A DNA stretch of 55,699 nt, the filler included, from Basidiobolus ranarum (taxonomy: Eukaryota): assembly GCA_040143965.1 (NCBI GenBank). It is 5 parts of 5 records of this genome, joined end to end, with 100 filler letters (N's around TTAATTAATTAA, not from the genome) between each part and the next. Parts side by side here need not be neighbours in the genome. Positions count along the whole stretch, not along the records: positions 33,502 to 44,555 come from JASJQH010007518.1; positions 44,656 to 55,699 come from JASJQH010007519.1; 3 more parts are not named here. The stretch is one strand, 5' to 3'. The notes under the pieces were generated by a model that was not told the DNA's origin, did no database searches, and saw nothing but the letters and a program-made list of their open reading frames with translations. A program made the translations under genes and the position numbers. The first letter of the stretch is position 1, and every line of letters starts with the position of its first letter. Shown piece by piece: positions 40,819 through 54,484 of this stretch.

Positions 40819-41407
40819 TCTACTTGAGATAAACAAGTTGTTTTTGAGTTGGCTGAATCGAAAGACAGAAGTATATATACATCCCGCAACTCATACTAAA
40901 TCGTGAGGGATATTTCTTCGATACGTTCACGCCGGAACATATGATGGTATCCGTTACAATAAAATGTTCGGAACTATAAGCTGTAGTCACTTTAACTGCA
41001 GTAGATTAAGAATTAACAGACATCCTAAATTACCAGCCTGCTCATTACAATACGTCACTTTCGGAAGAAACTCTCCAAAAGTGAAAAAACTTCAACCGTT
41101 TTGTGCAAAAGAAATAATGCATGCTTATACATTTCAACGCGAGGTTGAAGATTGGCCTGTTTTGTATGTTCAATTCGTTAGAACTGTATGCTAAAAGGGC
41201 AGAGATGCATCTGCATTTTATGGCGACATATCCATACCTCGAACACCTGATCATTCGACAACGATAATGAGCTAACTAATGCACTATAGGGATGATTTTC
41301 TATTGACCTCGATCGGACTTGAATTTATGGACCATCTGTTTGATACGATTTGCACAATGTGATGGATATGCAGCTTGTATCTCTGTGAAGTTCTCTTTAT
41401 TTATGAG

Positions 41408-42093
41408 CTACTTCGTCACACTGCTAGGAATTTCATCGTCGTCAAGCTCAATTACTATCGTATTAGGTTGCGCATCTGGTCTCATTACTTCTGCAGTTCC
41501 GGAGAATTTAGTAATCACGAAAACACTAATAACCATTCCTAGACAGCCGAGACCTCGCTGCCAAGTCAAAGGCCGTTTCTTTACTCCGGCAACGGCAAAA
41601 TTATCCATTAAGACGGTGACAATGATTTGCGTAGGCACTACCAGAGCTACAAAGCTAGCTGCTCCAATTTTTGGGATGCTAAGGACTTGGGAGAAAACGT
41701 ATACAACGCCGAGCGCTCCTCCAATCCACCCCCACCACGGCACCTCTTTAAAAAGCATTAATGACAAATAACGTCTTTACTACTATGGCTAGATTTTTCT
41801 CACCATTGAATGCGTTAGTACTTACTGTAGGGTTTGTACTTCCATGGGTTTCTATCATGAAGTACAGGAACATTGGAATGAAGCCAATTCCAAAAGAAGC
41901 CAAAGCGGCAAAAGACTTTGCTGTGAGTCTTCCGAGCGTCCCATTACAAGCTATGTTGAAGTAAATGGTTTTAGCAATCGAGCTAACTATCTATACTAAG
42001 ATATACACCTCTCGAACCTCCTTGAATAGCAAGACCACACCCACTTAAAACTAGCAAGAAGGCCAAAAAATAAAAGTTGTCGAGTATATTCAT
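41408..42093 (-). CDS. DMT superfamily YdcZ/DUF606-type membrane transporter, about 186 aa, 3 exons
   Basis: Probable exons 42093-42018, 41950-41804 and 41745-41408. AIQGACNGTLG, SFGIG, VPWWGWIGGALGVVYV, PKIGAA and QII..LMDNF..RPLTWQRGLG. Confidence 0.85.
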
Positions 42094-43193
42094 TAGATAA
42101 CTTGTCAGAGCTTAAATTGTCTCTCCTTAGCAAATCTACCTCGTCAATCAAACTAATACTCTCGTAGGAGAGAAGTTATTTCACAACAGCTCAACTCTGA
42201 CCATGTGATCTATCTATTATACATTCTACACTTTGCCTTGTTACTTGTTTGAAGTAGTCCATACAGACACTGATCTGTGCATATGAGGCACGTCAAGTTT
42301 TAAAAGCACAATGATCGATCAGAGCTCGTGTTTCATATGCCATACTTAATCAGGGATTGGATGAGCTCTGTTCGTGCTTGCAACCCTGTCATTTATCTAC
42401 TATATCGTATTAATCTATCGGTGCTTAGAAATATGTTAGATGCTCGATGCTACGCGTTTGTATTGGCCCTCCAAGAAATATACCCAGCAAAACCACAGCA
42501 ATGTCCAGAGAATATTGGACGGCTACAGAGCTAAAATAAGTCATCTCTACAGAATATGCCAAAAATAGTTTAATTTGGAATTAAGCAACGATTCCAAACA
42601 GAATGTGGACTTTCAATCGACTCATCGCACCGTAACCTGCTGGTCATTGTTGAATGTTAAAAGGTTTTGGCGTACTAGCTATAAATAGAACTGCTCATTG
42701 AATGGATACTGAGGGTTGTAGGGCTATTCCAGATGCGGTGAACACAAGGGGCACTGATTTCAATATTTGGAAGTAATTTGGAATGCAGTCTATAGTGCTA
42801 CAGACCTTGTGGGAGTGCTTTCTGAAATTAGAACTCTTCGGTTGTTTAAAAACCCCATATCTTGATTTAACCATTGATATCCAGCAGGTTATGCTTTGAG
42901 CAACGCACTGTAGCATTTAGGGCCACAACCCTCTTATTGAGCCAATAGTCAATGGATATTGCCCTCTCCCCTTATGGCAATAATGAGTAACATTCGTCGT
43001 TCGTGAAAGCAATCAATCAAGCACAAATAACGTAATTATTTATAGACTTAATTCCAAGACTCCTATATCAGTCTGGCAGCTGGATGCTAATTGGCCAAAT
43101 TGCAATTAGATTAATTTCCTCCAACGCAAGAGGAGTTCACTTAAATACCAGGTCTTGTTGAGGACTAACTACTAGTTCTTTCCTGCATTCAAG

Positions 43194-44189
43194 ATGCGTA
43201 CCTTTAACTTTTTGATTCCATGTGCACTCTCGGTGGGTTTGTTTTTTAATCATGTTTATACCCAAGCCACATCGGCTTGCAATGGAGATGCCTCTCTTTG
43301 CAGTCGCAAATATAACGAAGTTGCCTACGCTCCCACTCACAACTCTTTTGCCTTATCTCCCGACCCTGCTGGTAACCAAAACAACCCAATTGCAACACAA
43401 CTCAAAGATGGAATTCGCGCTTTGATGTTAGATTTACACAAGTCCAACCAAACGAGCGCAATCGAGCTATGTCACACATCATGCCAGTTGCTGGATGCAG
43501 GCCCATTTGCTACTGCACTTGCTGATATCAAAAACTTCTTGGACACCAACCCGAACGAAGTGTTGACTATTTTCATGGAAAATTATGATAGCTTTAGCGC
43601 AGCACAGATCGCGGCGGCATTTACCCAAGCTGGGTTACAAAAATATGCTGCTTCTTTCACGAGTCAAACCCTGCCTACTCTGGCCAAAATGATTCAAAAT
43701 AACACGCGCTTGGTTATCTTCACCGATAGTAATGCCGATACAAAAACATACCCGTTCATTATGAACGAGTATGATTTCGTCTGGGAAACCCCATTCTCGG
43801 TTGGTTTGAATACTCCTTTTACTTGTACCGTTGACCGTCCCAAGGGCCAACAAAAAGCCATGTATGTTTTGAATCACTTTATCTTTGTCGAACTTAACCT
43901 CCAAGGAAGCAACATTCCCATTCCTGCCGCCAACTTTGCTAGCACCACTAACGCCAAATCGTTGACCGATCATGCCAACCAGTGTATTCAAGAGCGCAGC
44001 CAGATGCCCAACTTTGTCGCGGTGGATTTCTACGATGTTGGAGACGTTTTCCAAGTAGTAGCCAGCTTGAACAACGTCACGTATACAGCGCCGCAAAAGC
44101 AAGCCAACGGAAAGTCCATGGCCGCTGGCTTCGGCCCCCATTACTTTGGATTAGTGGTGTTTGTCTTGGCTAGTGTACTACTTTATTAA
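43194..44189 (+). CDS. Secreted, probably GPI-anchored PI-PLC X-domain-like phosphodiesterase
   Basis: Signal peptide, THNSF, QLKDGIRALMLDLH, LCHT, NPNEVLTIFME and PNFVAVDFY, plus a hydrophobic C-terminus. Single exon. Confidence 0.9.
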   Translation: MRTFNFLIPCALSVGLFFNHVYTQATSACNGDASLCSRKYNEVAYAPTHNSFALSPDPAGNQNNPIATQLKDGIRALMLDLHKSNQTSAIELCHTSCQLLDAGPFATALADIKNFLDTNPNEVLTIFMENYDSFSAAQIAAAFTQAGLQKYAASFTSQTLPTLAKMIQNNTRLVIFTDSNADTKTYPFIMNEYDFVWETPFSVGLNTPFTCTVDRPKGQQKAMYVLNHFIFVELNLQGSNIPIPAANFASTTNAKSLTDHANQCIQERSQMPNFVAVDFYDVGDVFQVVASLNNVTYTAPQKQANGKSMAAGFGPHYFGLVVFVLASVLLY

Positions 44190-44555
44190 TTTACATCTAT
44201 TATCCACCCATCATCATGATCATGTATTTTACAATCAACCCAATCAAAGCAAATTAAATGGAATCATATTAATCATCAAAGCTATTTACCAAACATCATC
44301 CACATACGGTATGCGTGAAACCCCACCCACGTCTAAATTTAATAACAATGAAACCACTTTCATTAGTCCTCATCTCAACGGAATACATCAGGAGACGTTA
44401 CATGCAATTATGAGATACAAATTCGTGTGAGCAGCATTTTGGGCCTCCAATCCCCAGCATAACCGGCCACCCCGCCATCGGCGGCAGAACAGGCAACTGA
44501 AGTAATTTGATAAAAACTATCCCAGTTTGTAACTCCAGTAACTCCATATATTAAA

Positions 44556-44655
44556 NNNNNNNNNNNNNNNNNNNNNNNNNNNNNNNNNNNNNNNNNNNNT
44601 TAATTAATTAANNNNNNNNNNNNNNNNNNNNNNNNNNNNNNNNNNNNNNNNNNNN
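44556..44655. other. Artificial contig linker
   Basis: N44-TTAATTAATTAA-N44. Confidence 0.98.
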
Positions 44656-45128
44656 CCATCATATCCGCGTGTCTCGCCGGTAGCTTCGCCGTCCTGCTCT
44701 CCGTTCTCAACCCCTTCCCAATACCCATCGTCAAGACCCGCCTGGGCCCCTTCAGCACGCCCATTCTTCTGTCCTTCGAGCTGACCTTCTTTGGAGCCAT
44801 TTTCAAACCCCTTCCAGTAGCCCTTGTCTTTTCCGTCCGCATATCCTTCCTTGTAGGCATCCCTATGTCCATCTTCGAATCCATGGTCATAGTCGTGGCC
44901 ATCATCCTTGTCGTCACCATGGTCGTCATCTCCCCCATGCCCGTAGGCACGTTTCTTCCCCTTCCAAACTCGCTTTGAACTCTCATAGCCTTTACCAACT
45001 TTTGAGGCGGACTTCTTGACTAGAGCAACGCCAGGTCCTGCCTTGGCATCATACTTGCTTGTGATAGGGCCAGCAAGTATCACGGAGGCTATTGACAGAC
45101 AAATGAAAGCGGTAGTTCTGAAATGCAT
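44656..45128 (-). CDS. Secreted protein with a His/Asp-rich segment and GxxxG repeats, 3' truncated
   Basis: ATG 45128 gives the signal peptide MHFRTTAFICLSIASVILA. Then KKR, GHGGDDDHGDDKDDGHDYDHG and a long Gxxx run. Confidence 0.75.
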
Positions 45129-45798
45129 TATGGAGATAACGATGACGATGTGATGGCTAAAGGAGATGAAGACAGAATAGATCGAACACAAATGGTTTGC
45201 GTGGACAAGAGACTGACATATTTGAGCACGTACATTTATATTCATCTGAGATCCAAGAGATGCTATTTGATTGGAGTTACACGCATGTAGAGTCAAGGCA
45301 AAAACGGGGTAGCTGCCTGAATAATAGTTTGATTTGCAAGGAATAGCTTGAAACAAAGCAACCTGTTATTACGAGTATCAGTGATGCTTAAGTTTCAACT
45401 TCTTGAAACATATACCAAACCCCCTTGCCAATATCTTTGATCAACGGCTCCCTGATGCCGAAGATTAATTCTACTGTAACAGAGTTACAAGGATTTTCAG
45501 CTGGGCAAATACTAGCTGATTGAGTGGAAACGCTAGGTGTGCGTCGGCATTGTGCAAGAGTAACTCTGTTATCTCAGCTCTCAACTCCTAAACTAATAGA
45601 ATCATATGTTGTTGCACTTGAAACGTGCTTTCTGAAGTATTCTTTCGCATATCCAATATGTATGACTGGATAATAACCGAATAAATTGAAAAATTTGCCA
45701 TGAAAAAAATCATGACCGTTGATGTTCAAAAAAGTCCTTTCCTAAGGAAACATATAGAGAAAGAGAGAGCTCAATACCAAACCAAATAAAGCCTCATA

Positions 45799-46436
45799 AT
45801 GTCTACCAACTTATTGTCACCAACTACTCGTATCAAGTATGAAATACTCAAATGCATCGTTTTGTAACTCTATAGTTGAATTTATTTAACCTGGGGCTTC
45901 TCTCTATTTTAGAGTTAGTTCTACTCTAAACAAAGATGTTACGAACTTTGGAAAGCAATTTTTAGTTGATGGAGAGGATGAAACCTGCTGGAATTCGGAT
46001 CAGGTAATGATCACACCTTCTTTATATATGTTCATTTGATAATAGACTCATTCTTTTGAGCTCAGGGTTCACCACAATTCATTTTGATTGATTTACAAAC
46101 ACCAACATCTGTGCAAGAACTTCACATCATGTTTCAAGGTGGTTTCGTTGGTAAAGAATGTCAAGCACTGGGTGCTGTTGAAGGCAATGATTATCTTCTT
46201 CTCGGGAATTTTTATCCAGAAGACAACAACGATATTCAAATATCCTCTTTAAAACATGGTGTATTTTATATTGTCCATTTCTACTACATTTATATTCCTT
46301 AACTTCGATGTACAAATTTTCTCTAGAGAATCATACCCCCGTTAAGAAGCTCAAGTTGGTATTCGAGTCAAGCACCGACTTCTTCGGAAGAATTACAATT
46401 TACCGTCTAGAGGTTTTCGGCGAGAAAACCCACTAA
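45799..46436 (+). CDS. NR2C2AP: Nuclear receptor 2C2-associated protein homologue (galactose-binding-like fold), 141 aa, 4 exons
   Basis: Exons 45799-45836, 45913-46003, 46066-46239 and 46314-46436. VSSTLNKD..FGKQFL.DG..ETCWNSDQGSPQ..FQGGFVG..FYPEDNN.IQKF..FESSTDFFGRITIY. Confidence 0.9.
46240..46313 (+). other. U12-type (minor spliceosome) AT-AC intron, 74 nt
   Basis: 5' splice site ATATCCTC, branch TTCCTTAAC (46295-46303), 3' end TAC 10 nt later. Removal restores the frame in phase 0. Confidence 0.9.
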
Positions 46437-47247
46437 TTCCAAGCGTCAAAAATATCAATTATCTCACACTTCACTAGTAAAAGTAGGTAGTTGTATTCTG
46501 AAAGGACTTGATAAGGGAGATGATAGTATAAGTCTATCCAACCGAATCAATAAATACTACAGATATCCTTTTAAATAACCAGCAACATTATGGCTTTGGA
46601 GAACTTCTTACGAATATATGAACATGATTAATACTAAATTCTCCCAATTTTTGTCGGAACTATAAATTTGCAACATTTAAGCGTATAATTATCAAACAAC
46701 CTGACAAGATACCAAATCCTTTTGCATCTTAGACCATGGGTACTACTAGTTTGGTCATTCATATAGATTTACTCAAATGCACATGGCAACGAGGACAAAC
46801 CACACCATAATTATGTTGGATTTTGCATTTGTTTGAAAATTCCACCTTACTGGACCAAAAGCATGCCATTCGATCACATAAGTAACATGTGCACACATGA
46901 ACGCTGCATCTGTGGTGAATCACTGATATAGTAGATACGTAACAGGGTATTTGTCTACAATATGCAGACCAATCGATCGACGACGTGCGCAAGATAACAT
47001 TCGGTCTAGGAACAGTGCTTCTAGCGTTGTAGACAGAGTTCAACAATTAGGATTGGATGTTGTTGGTATGTACTATGTTATCAACCGTCAAGAGAAAAGT
47101 CATCCCATTTCCACCATAATCAAATCAATGAGCTTAGTTTTTTCCTTTTATTTACAGATAGTTTAATGTGATGGCATGAAATATTGAATAAAAATACTAT
47201 AATTTCCTATCTATCCCAGGGAGTATTTCGATTGAACGGGTAATGGA

Positions 47248-48519
<1,272 letters not shown>

Positions 48520-49867
48520 CTGAGTGTTGAGGGATAGAAGGATGTTTTCTGCTCTTCTCTAAAGAAGCCAAGGATCTTATATACGTAACTTAATCTTAAA
48601 CTTCAGCAGCAAACAAGGTATCAAGGATGGTAGACTTTGTGATGATTGGATCAAGTGTGTCCAAGAAGCTCAGTCACGTCTTCGTCCGCGTGTGAAAAGC
48701 AATCCCAGAAAGGTGACATGATTTTTGTTTTTTAAATTGCTCAAGCGCACCTATCGCAGACAGGAGGAAAATATCAATATAATCGAGGCCGTGTTTCTGG
48801 GAAATGGTGTAGACATTCCAGTGGCGAATCAGTTGGTTTTTAATTTAAAACAAGGGTGACGCATTTTTTTACGACATCCATAGCATGTAGAATTCTTGAG
48901 AACATTCAGCAAGAATGAGTGGTCTGCTCGGGATAGATAGATACGTTGCTTCCCCACATCTCTGGTGAATTCCCTCAAGTGAGATTGTCGATGTAGATCT
49001 GCCTTACAGCCTATCCGATCGCATACTAGCCACACTAAATGGCCAGCTGTTTATTAAAATATGAAGTCATCCTTTTTGCCAAGCTACGCTATGTCTAGAT
49101 TAAATGGCGACTGGCGAATGTCATATCTGATAGGCAAAGTAAGCTAGACTAGCGACACACGCACAATATGGATTTAATGAAATATTGAGGGCTATTGATG
49201 GGTCGTCGGGGCTTTATCCCATTCAAACATGGGTATGATGTAATTTCGTGACCGTCGGAAATTAATTGGATCGGTAATTTTAGAAACACTGAGTTCAGAG
49301 GCCCTCAACATCCTTGCGGCTTTCTCAAGATAGTGTTGGTATGTTGAATGTGGCTACAGCCAATCTCACAATGCTATTTGAAATTACCGCTTCTGACTAG
49401 TTTGGTGTCCATCATGCTAAAATCGGGAATTCTCTGGCCATACCGAATGCTTACAAGCTGGAAACACGATCCACCTTAGCATCCACCTTTACAGAGTATA
49501 CGCGACCTCGATCTAGAATGTTACAAGACAGTCGCAGACTTCGCACCTACACATGTATATGCTCTCAATAAGATTACAAATTGCGATTGTAACATCGTTC
49601 TGGTTAACTCATCCTCCTACAACTGCAGTCAATTCTCTAACACGGTTTGATAAGACGGAACATTCAAGCTAACTGCATGATATTTAACGCATTGGGACCA
49701 CCGGTTACTCGATAAGGTTTGAATACATTTGTTCATTTCTTCCGTATTCTAGGATTCCTATTTTCTTAGATAACCTTCCATTGCTCAGCTACTCTTCTTA
49801 ATAATTGTCGATACTTGATATCCATAGCTGGATTTTTAGTACGCCACATCAAGCGAGATATTGTTGG

Positions 49868-52800
49868 ATGTCATTGAAGCATATATTAGCCTTGGCATTG
49901 GTCTTTTCCGGGCTACATCTGACTGTGGGAAAATCAAACTTTGGTATTGTACCAGAAAAAGCGGAACTTTTGGGAGGGCTTCTAAACTTAGACAAATGTC
50001 CGGGGACACAGGTAGGCCGTGTTAGAACTCTTCAGCAGGCAACGGGAGTCTAACTGTCTATCAATCTTTAGAGCCCCTTTAATGAACTGTGCTACTGTGT
50101 CACTACAACAAAATGGGAATGCCCTGAGGGGTACGATATTATTATACATTACATCGGTGTCTCTCGGGTTGCTTCCTTACTAATCACATTCTTTCTAATA
50201 TTATAGCCATTTTTGTCAACTACCTGGTAATCAGACCGTATGTCCACAAGGATTTTTCTGTCCTCCTAACACTTTTCAACCAACCTATTGTTGCCCCGGC
50301 TACTATTGCTCCAATGATGCCACTAAAATGACACTCTGTCCGGAGGGATCTTATTGTTTGACAGGTACACCTTCAGACTGAATAAAACTCTCCAAGTCGT
50401 TAGCTAATCCTTTTTTTAATACCATTTCTTTTAAAGGCTCTACTACACCACAAACATGTACTTTTGGACATTGTCCAGCAGGTTCTGGTTCAATTAACAA
50501 ATATGAAGTGATTTATGTTTTTATAGCCCTCCTCATGCTTGTATTGGTCTATTATGCTCTGAGAAAACGAAGACTCCGAATCAAGCACTTGAAGTATGTT
50601 GATCACATGGAGAGTATCAAAAGGAACCAAGTATCCACCACCGAAGATTTAAGTACTCAAGTTAAAAAATTCGATATCTGTTTCGAAAACCTTGGTTTAC
50701 TTCTTCCAAATGGCATTGAGATTATGAAGGTTTTTCTATATTCGAACACATTCTTGTATTTGCAACCCAACCTTAACCAACCATCTTCTCATTGAACCAT
50801 TTTAGGGGGTATCAGGTGTGTTACGTTCTGGTAGAGCTTGTGCAATTATGGGCCCTTCTGGAGCTGGGAAATCTACCTTTGTCTCTTTACTCACTGGAAA
50901 GGTCAAGAAGACCGAGGGTAACATAAGAATTAATGGAAAATATGAAGACTTATCCAACTATCGTAAATTGGTGGGCTTTGTCCCCCAAGAGGATATTATG
51001 CTTCGTGAGCTGACTGTCAAAGATATACTTATGCATTCGGCATTAATGCGGCTACCCGATGAATGGTCCGCAGCTCATAAGAGGACTGTGGTACTGGAAG
51101 TGATCCATTTTTTAGGGCTTGGTCATGTGATGAACTCGGTAATTGGTGATGAAGAACAGAGAGGGATCTCAGGTGGTCAGCGTAAGAGGGTCAACATTGG
51201 AATGGAGGTAGAATACGATATAATAGTTTGTTGACAAGAATCATAGACAATAACGTATTTACAATTGTTGTTTAGTTGGTGGCTGAACCATCTATTTTAT
51301 TTTTGGATGAGCCCACCTCAGGTAAGAGTTCGGATTTGTCAAAAACTACACGCACTTGTTAACACCGCTGTAACCAATATTGAATTTCCCCGAACAGGCT
51401 TGGACTCATCTACCTCCGTGGAAGTTTGTAACCTCCTTTCTAGTATTGCAAAGAACCAAGGATTGACCGTTGCCTCGGTGATTCACTCCCCCTCTCCCAT
51501 CGCCTTCGCTAAATTCGATGATTTATTGCTACTTGGAAAGGGAGGGAAAGTGATCTATTTCGGTCCGAGAGAAGAGGCGCCTGCGTATTTCGATAGTATT
51601 GGATTCTCCTGTCCTTCAGAACACTCTCCGGCGGACTTTTACTTGGATGTAGCATGTGGCAAAGTAGCATGTAAAAATGATCCTGATTTTCACCCAAACG
51701 ACCTATTTGAGTATTGGGAGCAGTACGAAAGTGATTCATGCTCGCAAAATAGCCCACTTTCGGTTCGGATCAATGATGCGAGACATAGTCTTCTAACTGA
51801 GAAGATACCACCACAAGGCTATTTTCAAGAGTGTATAGATAAAATGAAAGGGGAGATTTCTACGGTAAAATACGATATGCAAGACTGGCTCAAGTCTGTA
51901 ATGATCGAACTGAAAGAAACCTCAAGAGGAATCGTTCGCTCTCTTTTACGCAAGAAAGACCCTATAAGAGACACTGCCAATCCCCTCCGTGTTTTCTGGC
52001 TTTGTTTTAAAAGGGCTTTTCAGCAGATCATCCGAAGCAAAGGGAGCCTCATTACTGAGCAGTCAGTTCATCTACTAGCGGGTAATTATCAAACCAATCC
52101 AACCTCTTGATACGTACTCTAAACCCAATTCCTTTATAGGCCTATTTATATCGATTGCTGCTAAACGAACCGTTTTCCTTGGACCTTTGCCAATGGAAGT
52201 ATGTGAGCTTGCTCCTTTTGCTTTAAGAGAAACGTGCAAAAGGCCCGTCTCTGATCCACTAAGATATATTGGGCAATTCATGACATGGGGTGTTGGATTC
52301 GCAGGTAAAATATTGAATTATCATAAGGCAGATATCTTATAAAAGTCAACTCTAACGTGTAAACATTCATTTAGGCATTGCTTCCAGTGTTAATACCTTT
52401 GGTAATGAGCGGGTAGTTTTCTGGAGAGACATCGCAGCAGGAATGCCTACACTTCCATATTTCGCCGCCAAAGCCATATCGGACGTACCTAGAATTGTAC
52501 TAGCATCTCTGATGTTTGTCCTTGCGTTGGTTATCAATTTCCCGAACAACTCGAGCTTCGGTAATCTATACTTAATCGTGCTAGGACTCTATTTCGTGGG
52601 ATTCAGTATTGGTATGAGATTTTGTTTGATGAGTATTTCAAGGGTTTTGTAACTAAATTATTGTATTAAAGGGTACTTTATTTCGTGCCTGGTTCCGAGA
52701 GAAAAGGCTCAGCTATTTGGAGTTATCGTAACTTTGTTCTGGGGGATATGTACGTAACTTCTGCATGCACACATTTATCATATTTGTACCTCCTTATTGA

Positions 52801-53317
52801 AATTTTCCTCCTCGTAGTATGCGGCGGAGTACAGCCTTCACTCGCTACGGTAAGTTTAAGCTTTGACCTTTACTGAAGTGATGTATTAGTCTTTTTTGAC
52901 TCACGAATGTATTACAGGTACAGGACGAGTACCCTGGATGGCTCAAGTGGCTCTGGGATGTAAGTTTCATGAACAACAGATTCCTATTGATTTTCATAAA
53001 TACTCTTATCCCTGTGGACATTAACCATACCACCATTTAATAGATTTCAGGACCAAGATGGGCAATTAGCGCGTTTTATCTTTCGGAGACAAGGCATCGA
53101 AGGTATTTACAGAGCACCTGATTCATTTACATCCAAGTAGGTTTAGTAACGAATATTCCTATGTAGATATTTCGATGTGGAATCGAACCTTTGGGATTAC
53201 GGCTACCAGAATGACACGTTTTGTTGGGACATAGCATGCTTATTTCTCATCTCACTTATGTATAATGTGCTTTCTTTTCTAGCTTTGAAATTGACCCACA
53301 GGAGTAAGCAAAAGTAA
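49868..53317 (+). CDS. Half-size ABCG transporter with a signal peptide and Cys-rich extracellular N-terminus, many exons
   Basis: CPxG(F/Y)xC repeats, a TM segment, GPSGAGKST, ISGGQRKRVNIG, FLDEPTSGLD, IHSPS and membrane-domain exons ending THRSKQK*. Confidence 0.9.
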
Positions 53318-53677
53318 ATTATTAATGTTATGGTAGAAGTTGAGTATGTATATATACCAATAAACAATCAACGAATTTTTAATATATTGCTGCCTCTAAG
53401 ACCACATTCAACACCAACAAAACGAATGACTTTGTGGCTTGAATATTCAAACTTCCAATATCTATCGTCCAGATATTATTGAAGGTGTTTATTAAACAAA
53501 CAGAACAAAAGAAAGATCCCCTTCCAAGCTTTCTTTACGACACTTTTGCAATCGTTGAAGTGATTTCACATTGGGAGATAGCAAATATAATCCTTTGTAT
53601 TAGTTACTCTGAGCAGCCTGACATGTTCCTGTTATGACACTTAGGAATTCAGCTTCAAAAGTAGAGTTGCAAGAAGA

Positions 53678-54484
53678 TTACAATAGATTGTCTCTCCAGA
53701 ACAAGTTCATGTAATGATATCCGGTATGAGTGGGTGTGAAAGTGTCACTCGATAGCCCAACCGATTCGTACTTATACTCGGTCTCTAAAGAGTACTTGGC
53801 CCCAGGTGGTATCACATTTTGTAGGAATTCCGCAAAGATGTCATTACATTGAATAGGAATGGAACATGGCTTATACTCAATCTTGTAAAGGGAATAAAAG
53901 AAAATTAATCCTGGAAGATCACTATACAGGTATAAGAAAACAAAACCGACCTCAATCATCATGCCTTTATAACTAGAGCCAACCATGATATTTCCCGCAC
54001 GAAGAACGAAATCTCCAATGTCAAAGGAGTAACCCTAACATAGGAGAAAATAAAAGTTTAATGAAGTTTTTAAAGTATCAATAACCAACGAATTCCTCCG
54101 TTTACCTCCACTTGAAGATTTTGTCGAGTTACCCAAATATTTTTCAACTTATTAACAACAAAATCGAGTTCACGATCAGCTTCAACGATCACTCCGTCGA
54201 TCATGGAAAATACTGAACTTGGATATGAGGAATGATATACTAGGTATAAAAGTTTTCCCGTCCCCATTTTATTGATCGGGTTGGTATCTCTGTAGACTTT
54301 GCAACTGAGATTCCAACGACCGCTAATCTTTCCGTGATATACTTTTACAATTCGTTCTTGTAACATGTTTAAACTCTGTGCGCCGTTGGCGTCTGTCCAA
54401 CGCAAAACACTATGCATATGTTATTATCGCGATAAAGTCGTTGCTTTATGAAATAGGAAAGAAAACTTACCATGTAACCCCCAT
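53678..54484 (-). CDS. MED20: Mediator subunit 20, 4 exons
   Basis: Exons 54484-54471, 54409-54106, 54034-53951 and 53881-53678. MGVTCV..KLKNIWVTRQ..VEGYSFDIGDFVLR..KGMMIEIEYKPC. Confidence 0.85.

Noticed and set aside
43635-44141. 168-aa antisense ORF
   Set aside because: Shadow of the PI-PLC-like gene, as with other antisense ORFs over coding regions.
50730-50805. CCTTAAC within an ABCG intron as a second U12 intron
   Set aside because: The donor is GTTTTT, not RTATCC, and the motif is too far from the acceptor.
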